A stretch of 32,000 bases of DNA from a cyanobacterium endosymbiont of Epithemia turgida isolate EtSB Lake Yunoko (GTDB taxonomy: Bacteria > Cyanobacteriota > Cyanobacteriia > Cyanobacteriales > Microcystaceae), in the NCBI RefSeq assembly GCF_000829235.1, contig NZ_AP012549.1, positions 1,770,001 to 1,802,000 of the forward strand, written 5' to 3'. The first letter of the stretch is position 1, and every line of letters begins with the position of its first letter. The notes beneath the pieces are model-generated. The model was not told the DNA's origin, ran no database searches, and saw nothing but the letters and a program-made list of their open reading frames with translations. Shown in pieces: positions 1-10,149 of the stretch. A program made the translations under genes and the position numbers.

Positions 1-199
1 CTTTCTCAGAGGGCAATTTTCCTAAGTCATAATTAACTTTAGCCGCCGCCTTTTTTAAAATACCAAAAGCCCTAATCATTTCTGGAGGCATGATATCATT
101 ACCAATAGCAAAATAATGGAGTGAGCGCTGAGTTTGCGCTCCCCAGTAGCAGTCATCTGGGACATCAATAGCTCCTATACTGTCGGTTTCAGTTCGCAT
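1..199 (-). CDS. fumC: Class II fumarate hydratase, N-terminal 66 codons only (gene continues past window start)
   Basis: Own minus-strand translation from ATG (complement of 197-199): [75 protein letters not shown] and ILKKAAA.N..LG are conserved N-terminal motifs of class II fumarase in the fumarase/aspartase superfamily. It is absent from the ORF track because it is open at the window edge. Confidence 0.8.
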   Translation of the reverse strand, partial: MRTETDSIGAIDVPDDCYWGAQTQRSLHYFAIGNDIMPPEMIRAFGILKKAAAKVNYDLGKLPSEK

Positions 200-598
200 G
201 CCATCTCTTCATAAGGTACTATAACTATATGTCATAATTATACTCCATAGTTTCCCGGACTTCTTGTGGTAAAATCCAAAACTATCCCTCGTAATAGACT
301 TCTAAAATAATTAGACTGAATCCTATTTTTTATTTAAAAATCTATGAGGTTCAGAACTATTTATTAATTAAAGTAACCGGGTATATTTTAGTATCTCTTG
401 GGGAAGATTAACTAGTTTTTATTTTATGGAAGTTTTAGGTTTTGAAAAACCAAGAAGTCTATAGTTCGTAATTTTTTATTATGCTAAACGTAAGTTTTAA
501 AATTAAAAAGATAAAAATTAAAACGATGCGTATAATTGATAACGACTTAATTTTGAACTTAAAAGATATACAACTATTTACCTATAACTCAATCTGAA

Positions 599-1163
599 CG
601 TGCCCTAATTATAGGCATCACTGGCTAAGATGGCTCTTATCTAAGTAAATTTTTATTAAAACAGAGATACAAAGTTGACGGGATTATTCGACAAATTTTA
701 ACGTTTAATACTAATCTGGTAGCTCATTCCTCCATTATAGAGATTTAACTGCTAGTGTCACCTTCTGTTGAATTTTAGAATAAGTAAAACTTGTTGAGAT
801 TTATAATTTAGGAGCATAATCTCACGTTATGGTCAGTTTTAATTCTCCAGAATATACTGTAGACTGAGTGGAAATCGGAACTTTTCGATTTCTAGAAGCC
901 ATTTGAGACTACTCACACTGCACAGGAATTGAAGTACGCTTTTATCAAGCAGGATCATCAGAAATGTTTGGGAAGGTTCAAGAGATTACCCAAAAAGAAA
1001 CTATCCCCTTTTATCCTTGTAGTCCCTACGCATGTACCAAAGTTAACGCTCATTGACAAACGGTAAATTATTGAGAATCTTACAATTTATTTGCTTGTCA
1101 TGGGATTTTGTTCAACCATGAATCCCCGACTTACAGGTTCTGAAAAATTGTTAACATGTAGCT
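599..1163 (+). pseudogene. gmd: GDP-mannose 4,6-dehydratase remnant (about the N-terminal half) with several in-frame stops and frameshifts
   Basis: Own translation: RALIIGITG*DGSYLSKFLLKQRYKVDGIIRQ ... VEIYNLGA*SHVMVSFNSPEYT ... [66 protein letters not shown]. These match Gmd motifs GITGQDGSYL, YNLGAQSHV, FYQA.(T/S)SE, ETTPFYPRSPYA and NGILFNHESPRRG. Stops lie at codons expected to be Gln, Trp or Arg, for example TAA at 626-628 and 817-819. Confidence 0.85.
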
Positions 1164-1515
1164 AATAAATCCGATATTGTTATTATTTATTTGGCTGCCC
1201 ATGTGGGAGGAATTGGCTTAAATCGAGAATCCCCCGCCGAATTATATGACGATAATTTTATAATGAGAACTCAGTTAATTCACGCTGCTTATGAATCAGG
1301 AATAGAAAAGTTTATCTGTATGATAACAATTTATGCTTGCCTGAAGTTCACATATATTACTTTTTAAAAAGATGATTTTTAGAATATATATCCATAATAA
1401 ACTAACGCTTTTTATAATTTTGTCAAGAAGGCTTTATTAGTTCAACTTAAATTTTATTACTTGCAATATATATTTAATATAATTAATATTTTTAAATTAA
1501 TTTATATGAATATAA
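1164..1515 (+). pseudogene. fcl: GDP-L-fucose synthase (GDP-4-keto-6-deoxymannose epimerase/reductase) remnant lacking its 5' Rossmann region and increasingly AT-eroded toward the 3' end
   Basis: A single frame reads KSDIVIIYLAAHVGGIGLNRESPAELYDDNFIMRTQLIHAAYESGIEKFICMITIYACLKFTYITF*KDDF*NIYP**TNAFYNFVKKALLVQLKFYYLQYIFN.... This matches the Fcl pattern P(D)xV(I)xLAAxVGGIxxNxxxPAEFxxDNLxxxTxxIHAAYxxGVxKxxxxGxxCxYPKF...E.TNxxYxxAKKALLVQ. It starts directly at the end of the gmd remnant, so a deletion removed the gmd 3' part and the fcl 5' part. Confidence 0.7.
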
Positions 1516-2396
1516 ATATTGTTTTAATTACCATATTTTTTATGCCATTTCTATTTTAATTTTAAAAAGATATAAAGCCTGATTACGAGTATATGAAACC
1601 CTTTATATTTAGGATAATGGTTCTTTTAGGAGATATTTTTTATACTTAATAAATACAGAAAAATAAATGATAATTAAAATTTAATTGCATAGTTATTTAC
1701 CCCTTGCTAACTTAGCAATAAATAATGAAATTTTTATTTAAAATCTAGAAAAATAGTCTATAAATTTATATTTTTAATAAAATATTATGCAATAAAAATA
1801 TAAATTAAATCATAAATATAATCGTTAATCAAGTATAAATCATGTACTAAAAATTGTAATCGTAAAATACAAGCCGAATTAAAATAATAGTTCAATAATA
1901 CTATCCATTTTTAGAGTAAGGATAGCAATAAAATAACTGCCTTAATCTTGATTATTTTTGAAAAAAATCGGAAATATTTTTAAGGTTTCCGCTAATAAAT
2001 TTTACTGTTTAAGATTAATTTTGATAGAGCGATAAAAATAATGGACCTTCTATACTGGTTTTTATAAATTGGTAGCTAATAAATTTAAATATTTTTATTA
2101 TTTAAATATTCTACGAGTCTAAAGCCTTGATTTTTATAAAAATAAGTATTGTTTTATTAAGAACTTAAAAGGGTAATACTTTTAGCTTTGATTTACTAAA
2201 ATTGTTGTTACAGTAATTTTGGAAGAGCTGAAACAATCATATGTAAATTAAATTAATATGATTTAATAAATGAAAAATAAAAATATAATAAAACTCGATA
2301 GATTGAAATGAATTATAATAACTTATCCATTAAGCAAAAAATTATGTATTATTTAGATAGATCACACCCGTTATTAAGATTTGGTGAGGAGTAGGC

Positions 2397-4814
2397 GTGT
2401 TTAATCAGTTAGGGTCAAAGTTTAGGGAGACAATAGATAAAATTCTGCACTCAAAATCAGAAAACTTTGAAGGAAAAAATAAAAATCTAGGTAATAACTC
2501 TGATGACATCGAGTCTTGCCAAGATAAAAATCAACCTGAAATCAGTTTCTCAGTAAAAATTTCTAAGACTTTGCCTCAACTGGTTAGCTTATGTAAAGAT
2601 GTGTCGCAAACCTCTATTAATTCTGTTAAACGAATTATCTCCATAAGCTATAACCCAAAATTTTTTCTGTTGTTTGGAATAAGACTAGGAGCCATTGGTG
2701 GTATGATTGCCCTAGGATATGGCATCTATCAACTTGAAAGTAGCATCACGGAACCAGTTGAAGAAGTCCTCACCTATGCTCCTCCTAAAACCTTAATCAT
2801 TAAATCGTCTGATGGAACTGTTCTTAAAGAAGTAGGGCCAGTTACCCATGAAAAACTAAAAATTTGGCAGATTCCTGACCTCGTTATTCAAGCATTTATT
2901 GCTAGTGAAGATCATCGCTTTAAGAACCATCGAGGGGTTGATATACATGGAGTTGTTCGTGCAGCTTTTTCTAACTTATTGGCAGGAGAAGTAGTGGAAG
3001 GGGGAAGCACAATCACCCAACAACTAGCACGCATTGTTTTCTTAAACCAGGAAATTAATATAATCCGAAAAATCAAGGAAATGCGCTTGGCTCAGAAAAT
3101 AGAAATAAAATTGACTAAAGACCAGATCTTAGAACGTTATCTTAATTTAGTTTATCTAGGATCGGGAGCCTATGGGGTTGCCGATGCAGCTTGGGTCTAT
3201 TTTAGTAAACCTATCGATCAACTAACTGTAGCTGAAGCGGCGACCCTAGCGGGAATTGTACCCGCTCCCAGTGTTTATTCTCCCATCCAGAATAAGGCAG
3301 CCACTATCGAACGCCGAAATCTCGTACTACAAAGAATGAAAATTAAAGGCTTTATTAGTGCTTCTCAAGTAAAAGAAGCAATTGCTGACCCTATTGTCCT
3401 AAAACCTAGTAAACCCAAACGGCTACAAGGAAAAGCTCCTTATTTTACAGATTATATTCAACTTCAACTGCCGAAATATCTCTCTAAAGAGGTGTTGCAA
3501 CAGGGGGGAATTGTGGTAGAAACCACCCTCAATAATCAATGGCAAGAAGCTGCCGAAGCCGTTATTGAAAAGGCCGTGATAGAATATGGTCGATGGCAAG
3601 GGTTTAAACAAGCAGCATTGACGGCGATTGATCCGCGTAACGGACAAATTAAAGCGATGGTTGGGGGAAAAGACTACAAAAATCATCAATATAATCGGGT
3701 GACTCAAGCTCAACGTCAACCAGGGTCTACCTTTAAAACTTTTGTTTATGCTACCGCGATCGCTGCCGGACTTTCGCCTGAACAAACTTTCCAAAACTCT
3801 CCCTACGTGGTAGATGGTTATAGACCAGAAAATTATGGTGATCGCTATAGCGGCGTTCCCGTTTCCATCCGCAAAGCCCTCGCCTCTTCATTAAACGTAG
3901 TAGCGGTTCAAACATTGGTGAAAGTGGGATGGCACCCCATCATTGAAGTTGCAAAAAAAATGGGTATTGAATCGGAGTTAAAACCGACCTATTCTTTAGC
4001 ATTGGGAGCATGGGAAGTTAATTTACTTGAATTAACCAGTGCTTATGGAACGTTAGCCAACTTCGGTATTCATCAACGCGCCCACGGCATTGATCGCGTT
4101 CTTGATCGCCACGGGCAGATTCTATATCAAGCTACATTTCCTTCTAAAGAAGTGATCGACTTCGATACCACTGCCATTATGACTTCTATGCTACAGGGGG
4201 TAGTGACTGGGGGAACCGGAACCTCTGCTCAATTAGGAAAGCGACCGGTAGCAGGAAAAACAGGAACCTCTGATAAAGCCAGGGATTTATGGTTTATTGG
4301 CTATATTCCCCAGTTAACAGCGGGGGTATGGTTAGGGAACGATAATAACCGTCCCACCAGGGGATCAAGTACCACGGCTGCGGCTATTTGGAAAGAATTT
4401 ATGGAGGAAGCTGTCAAGGGTACCCCCATTGAGTCTTTTCCGCTTGTTCCCAATATCAAAGGACGTAAACCAACCATTAAAGCAGAACCCATCAGTCCGC
4501 AAAAAAAATCATATGCAGTGGCTACACGGTCTGGATCATCGCGTTCAAGATCTATGTTCAGTACCCGTCAGAAAAAACAAGCCGTAACTCGCCATCGACG
4601 CGTCTACACTCGTTCTCAACAAGTAGATCCAACTCAGACAAGAAAACAGTCAGTTACTCCATCAAATCCTCCCCCACAAACAGCAGTTACGTCCCAAACT
4701 AAACCTCCTGTTTCTAATCCTCTTGCTGCCCCTAGTTCTACTATAATGTCTAGCCCTATTCCTAAGGCTGAATTTGCACTTCCAGCTCCCCCTGTATCAC
4801 GTAAAGCTAATTAA
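2397..4814 (+). CDS. Class A penicillin-binding protein (bifunctional GT51 glycosyltransferase / transpeptidase, PBP1A-type)
   Basis: 805-aa ORF with a GTG start 5 nt after GAGGAG. TM anchor: FFLLFGIRLGAIGGMIALGYGIY. GT51 motifs: EDHRFKNHRGVD, GGSTITQQL, RKIKEMRLAQKIE, KDQILERYLN. Transpeptidase motifs: STFK, SLN, KTGT. The C-terminal ~130 aa form a Pro/Ser/Thr/Arg/Gln-rich low-complexity tail. Confidence 0.95.
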   Translation: MFNQLGSKFRETIDKILHSKSENFEGKNKNLGNNSDDIESCQDKNQPEISFSVKISKTLPQLVSLCKDVSQTSINSVKRIISISYNPKFFLLFGIRLGAIGGMIALGYGIYQLESSITEPVEEVLTYAPPKTLIIKSSDGTVLKEVGPVTHEKLKIWQIPDLVIQAFIASEDHRFKNHRGVDIHGVVRAAFSNLLAGEVVEGGSTITQQLARIVFLNQEINIIRKIKEMRLAQKIEIKLTKDQILERYLNLVYLGSGAYGVADAAWVYFSKPIDQLTVAEAATLAGIVPAPSVYSPIQNKAATIERRNLVLQRMKIKGFISASQVKEAIADPIVLKPSKPKRLQGKAPYFTDYIQLQLPKYLSKEVLQQGGIVVETTLNNQWQEAAEAVIEKAVIEYGRWQGFKQAALTAIDPRNGQIKAMVGGKDYKNHQYNRVTQAQRQPGSTFKTFVYATAIAAGLSPEQTFQNSPYVVDGYRPENYGDRYSGVPVSIRKALASSLNVVAVQTLVKVGWHPIIEVAKKMGIESELKPTYSLALGAWEVNLLELTSAYGTLANFGIHQRAHGIDRVLDRHGQILYQATFPSKEVIDFDTTAIMTSMLQGVVTGGTGTSAQLGKRPVAGKTGTSDKARDLWFIGYIPQLTAGVWLGNDNNRPTRGSSTTAAAIWKEFMEEAVKGTPIESFPLVPNIKGRKPTIKAEPISPQKKSYAVATRSGSSRSRSMFSTRQKKQAVTRHRRVYTRSQQVDPTQTRKQSVTPSNPPPQTAVTSQTKPPVSNPLAAPSSTIMSSPIPKAEFALPAPPVSRKAN

Positions 4815-5040
4815 CTACCTGGGTGAGGAATCAGGATACTTAACCTAAGCAAAACATTAAATAGATAAAGTTAAGCAAAATACAGTTTTTTGGGCAATTT
4901 ACCTCCTTTTTTTGGGGCTATAACGCACTCAAATAGTTTTTTAGTATATGGCGTTATGTTAATATACCCTACAATTTTATGAGTTCGGAGTTCTACGTTG
5001 AATGTACTTTTCGTGTATGCCTTTTAAGTATAAAAATTTA

Positions 5041-5071
5041 TCAAAAGAACAAACCCACCTCGAAAGGTGGG
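5041..5071 (-). terminator. Rho-independent terminator candidate for eno
   Basis: On the minus strand, CCCACCT-TTCG-AGGTGGG (7-bp stem at 5054-5060/5065-5071, 4-nt loop) is followed by TTTGTTCTTTTG. It lies about 40 nt downstream of the eno stop. Confidence 0.65.
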
Positions 5072-5090
5072 CAAAATGAATCAATCAAAT

Positions 5091-6403
<1,313 letters not shown>

Positions 6404-7430
6404 TTAGGTCTGTCCAATAATAGAGAAATATGATTATTAAGTGAGATGTATACTGACAATACAGCTATTTTCATCAACAATGAAGAAAAATCATTTATTC
6501 ACTTTCTGGAATTGTGTTTCCACAATCACCACATTTACCTTATCAAGACTCGACTCTGATCGTACTTCACAATCTGTCAAAACAAACAATTTACCTTCTG
6601 AATTTGTTGCTAATCGATTTGAAGTATTCTAGGTATAATCTCAGTTTTCAGAGTATAACTAAAGTATTCCCGACAGAAACAAAATCGTTAGCAGCCACTA
6701 CATTGATAGTAATTTGAGTAAGCTCTTTAATGACTTCAGTATTGGGAAAATCTACTTCGACAAGTTCTCTTTTTCTGTTAAAATTGACAATAAATTTATT
6801 AATCTCGCTTTAAAATTCCGTTTTAATCACCACTAAGTCTGTACCGATACTGAAGACCATACGAAAACCTAATTTTTTTTTAACTTGTCTGTTGAGCTCA
6901 ATTAAATAAATTTTTACTAACTTCTTCAGTTCTCTAAGCAATGAGTTCAATCGACAGAATACAGCTAATCATTTTTTTATCTCGCTTCTTTGTATTTTCT
7001 TAACTCAATAGGTTGATTAAATCGACAACTTTCTTTGATTGTGCCATTTATTCTTACGGGGAGTGGAAAGGTTAACTGTTGTACTTTAGCAAGCAACGCT
7101 GTAATCATTCTTGACGGATGTTAATGCGACCTTATTCGCATTAGTTTGTTTGAATAGCTATAAAAAATAATTTATCAATGCTTTTCACTCCTCAACAATG
7201 AGATGAACATATTTGTTTATTCTAAATTATTTTTGTTTACTTTAATAAAGGAGAAACTCGAATAGTTATATTTATGCTCGATAAATTATCGAAATTAATA
7301 TATAATTCTCAAATCTAGAGGAGCTATCTCTTAGTTAAAATGAATCTAATATTAGGATATTGAGTCTAGTCAACTTCTCAGATTGGACTATGAATTAGGG
7401 TTTATAACATTCATTAGTTAACAATAGCAC

Positions 7431-7598
7431 TCAATTTTTATCATTAAAATACTCATCTCCGAAAAAATGAATTTCATCTTTAAATCCACGTAGAGGTTTT
7501 CCTAAAGTAGCTCCAATCTTAGTAATTTTTTTAGGACCAAAAATTAATAAAGCAACGCCGATAATAACCACTACTTCCGTCCATCCTAATCCGAATAT
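7431..7598 (-). CDS. tatA: Twin-arginine translocase TatA/E-family protein (55 codons) with no canonical start codon; possibly inactivated
   Basis: Own minus-strand translation: (ATA)IFGLGWTEVVVIIGVALLIFGPKKITKIGATLGKPLRGFKDEIHFFGDEYFNDKN*, with the TatA hallmark FG.G..E...I....LL.FGPKK.P..G..LGK..RGFK. The position where homologues have Met reads ATA (complement of 7596-7598). The frame is open upstream only to a TAA, with no ATG, GTG or TTG. It is below the ORF-track length cut-off. Confidence 0.6.
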   Translation of the reverse strand: MFGLGWTEVVVIIGVALLIFGPKKITKIGATLGKPLRGFKDEIHFFGDEYFNDKN

Positions 7599-7879
7599 AT
7601 GAACTTCAGATACTACAATGATGAATTCGGTTTAATCAATAAACTACTAGCAATATTCTATGCTAAAAAAATACCGAAGTTTAAAAGATAACACTGAATT
7701 AATGTCTTGACATAATGTTAGAATAGCCAAGGCTACAACAATTGAGTTGGATGCTGGTGGAGAATTGCTTGGACAAATCTTTCCTTGTGTAGCAATCATC
7801 GCTAATTATTCGAAAATCGTAGCTATTAAGGGGGATATTAGACACTTTCCCCGTTTCTGTTCGCTCCCAACTAAACCCC

Positions 7880-8581
7880 TTGATGCGACTACTGGCTGAT
7901 GTTATCCAATATCATTGGGGACAGTATTTTCCCCTAATCTCCTATGAATTACCTGACGGGTTAAGACATGTAGAAGGAAAACTCAGAGGTAAAAAGGTGG
8001 CAATTAAAAATCAATGTTATCAAACTCTTCAGTTCCGTAAACTCCATTTAGAATTTGCAAAAGTAGGACAGGAATTGGATATTCTTCATTGTGTGATGTT
8101 TCCTCATCCGAGTTATTCCCTACCTATGTTCGGTTGTAATATCGCAGCAAGTACTAAAAAAGTAAGTGCGACGATCGCTGATTTATTTCCCGCTAACCGA
8201 GAACTGACTCTTTCTTCAGAAGACTACCAAGCCCTATCCAAATCACCAGTCTTGGAGTTTTCTGAATCCCGCAGATTACCCGAATGGGGCGATATTTTCT
8301 CCGACTATTTTTTATTTATTCGCCCAACTGACCCAGAAGAAGAAACTTAATTCTTGTCCCGTGTGGCTGAATTTTTGAAGATTCACTGTCAGACCGCGGT
8401 AGATTTTCAAACTGTTTCTGGTAAACAGCAAATGTATAACTTAGCCGGACAGCATTACTTTTGTACAAAGCAACAACAAAATGATAAAACCCGTCAGGTT
8501 CTAGAAAAAGCTTTTGGTAAAAAATGGGCTAATAAATATATGACTCAAGTGTTATTTGACTTACCTACCCAAGATAAATAA
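7880..8581 (+). pseudogene. pcyA: Phycocyanobilin:ferredoxin oxidoreductase interrupted by an in-frame TAA
   Basis: Track ORFs 7880..8350 and 8354..8581 are in the same frame, separated only by TAA at 8348-8350. Together they give a full-length PcyA: YELPDGLRHVEGKLRGKKVAIKNQCYQTLQFRKLHLEFAKVGQELDILHCVMFP...PMFGCNIAA...WGDIFSDYFLFIRP...*...FLKIHCQ...KQQQNDKTRQVLEKAFGKKWANKYMTQVLFD. The Asp expected in FGCD is Asn (AAT at 8138-8140). Confidence 0.9.
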
Positions 8582-8671
8582 ACTATTAAAAAATAACTCT
8601 AAAAAGACAGTGAGAGAAGTTTTTGGTTTAAAAAATATGACTTCCTACCAAAAATTAATTGGAGGAAACAT

Positions 8672-9271
8672 TTGAGAATGAATGAAAAAACAAGACTATT
8701 AGAAGCGATCGCTGGAAAAAATCGAGGGTTATTAGCGACGGAAATTGATCGGGTAAGAGTTCTCTCGGCCTTAGAACAACTTGAAGATCATAACCCCAAC
8801 CCTCAAACTCTAGAAGCAAAAGAATTACTTGATGGAAATTGGCGGTTACTCTACACCACAAGTAAGGGAATTTTAGGACTTGATCGCCTTCCCGTATTGC
8901 AATTAGGACAAATTTATCAATGTCTTCGTATGGCTGACGGAAAACTTTACAATATTGCTGAAATTATTGGAGTCCCTTTTTTAGAAGGATTAGTAAGTAT
9001 TATAGCTAGGTTTGAAGTAGTCTCTGACAGGCGAATTAATGTTAAATTTGAACGTTATATTATTGGTTCACAAAGGTTATTGGGATATCAGTCACCTAAT
9101 CAGTTAATTAAAGATATTGAAGCAGGAAAAAAGTTTTTTCCTCTAGATTTTAGTATCGAAAGTAAAGAACAACAGGGATGGTTAGAAATTACTTATTTAG
9201 ATGATGATCTTCGACTAGGAAGAGGGAATGAAGGGAATGTATTTGTTTTATCTAAAGAAAAGGGTATTTAA
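8672..9271 (+). CDS. PAP/fibrillin (plastoglobulin-like) family protein
   Basis: 199-aa ORF. The N-terminal KTRLLEAIAGKNRGLLATEIDRVRVLSALEQLEDHNPNP...LLDGNWRLLYTTS is the typical PAP_fibrillin domain signature. GGAGGA lies at 8661-8666. The start is TTG at 8672 or, more likely, ATG at 8678. Confidence 0.85.
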   Translation: MRMNEKTRLLEAIAGKNRGLLATEIDRVRVLSALEQLEDHNPNPQTLEAKELLDGNWRLLYTTSKGILGLDRLPVLQLGQIYQCLRMADGKLYNIAEIIGVPFLEGLVSIIARFEVVSDRRINVKFERYIIGSQRLLGYQSPNQLIKDIEAGKKFFPLDFSIESKEQQGWLEITYLDDDLRLGRGNEGNVFVLSKEKGI

Positions 9272-10149
9272 CTAATTTTAAAAATTATTAAGCCAATATC
9301 ATGTTTTTTTATCGATTATTCATAATTTAAGATTTATTTTGTAAGAAATATCGATTATTCATAATTCTAGTAGAGTAAATTACTAGTTAATAACTTTCAA
9401 AACTCTTTTGTCCTGGAGGTGATTCGATTGCTTCTATAATTGCTATCGCCAATTTATATATATTTTCTTTATCTATCGCATTAACTTTAGCTTGTGTTCT
9501 GCGGAGAACTTTTTAAGTTTTACTTAACCTAAATTTCTTTTCTAGTCTAACTCTCAAAAAGACTCTTAAACGAAGAGATGACATTAGCTAATATGACTAT
9601 ACCTAACTGATAATAGAGAATTAACTAGCAAGCTAGGGCAGAAAACTTTAGATTTTAAAATTAACGAAATTTATAAATTAATAAGCTCTCGTTTAAATTG
9701 ACTTAAATTTATTATTGAGATACTCTACTGTTACTTAGTAAAAATAAGCGATAATTTCTTTAAGTCTAACACCAATCCTAGTTGATACATTACTTTTTCA
9801 CATTAATTAACTAGTTTTAATAATCTTTATATTTCATAAGTATTTTTTAAAAATTGTTATAAGTTTTTCTTCTATCTAATTGGTGCGATTTTGAGAGGAC
9901 TGGTAAAGTTTTACACATCTTATTTTATTTATTTTTTATTCTTTACTTGAATATTATTATTTTTAAAACAAAAAATATTTGCTCTTAATTTAACCCTGAT
10001 AAGATTTTTTCTTAAATAACTAGTGCTTTCAAGCCCTACTTATTTAAGCTCACCTACTCACCATCGAACATCTGTGTCCCCAAAACCGTTAACATTTTCA
10101 TAGATGCAGTGGAAAAAATACTTAACATTGCTTTATAAGGAAAACTATA

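Noticed and set aside
3423-4492. Track ORFs 3423..3794 (-) and 4301..4492 (-)
   Set aside because: They lie antisense inside the well-supported PBP gene, show no recognisable motifs, and are typical shadow ORFs.
6441-6717. Track ORFs 6441..6632 (+) and 6514..6717 (+)
   Set aside because: They are low-complexity plus-strand ORFs overlapping a region whose minus strand shows a more protein-like, though stop-ridden, frame. No start context or family resemblance is apparent.
7707-7730. TTGACA at 7707-7712 as a -35 box for pcyA
   Set aside because: The only nearby -10-like hexamer (TAGAAT) is 6 nt away, which is the wrong spacing, and the downstream gene is a pseudogene anyway.
8655-8861. Track ORF 8655..8861 (-)
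   Set aside because: It is antisense to the 5' end of the PAP/fibrillin gene and is a shadow ORF.
9310-9366. 18-bp direct repeat tatcgattattcataatt at 9310-9327 and 9349-9366
   Set aside because: The repeat is real but short, AT-rich and isolated in a desert. It is most simply a small slippage duplication, and nothing suggests a function.
9395-9525. Minus-strand open stretch KVLRRTQAKVNAIDKENIYKLAIAIIEAIESPPGQKSFESY*
   Set aside because: It looks like the C-terminal fragment of a dead gene, but it has no start codon and I cannot assign a family. It is too short to report as a feature.
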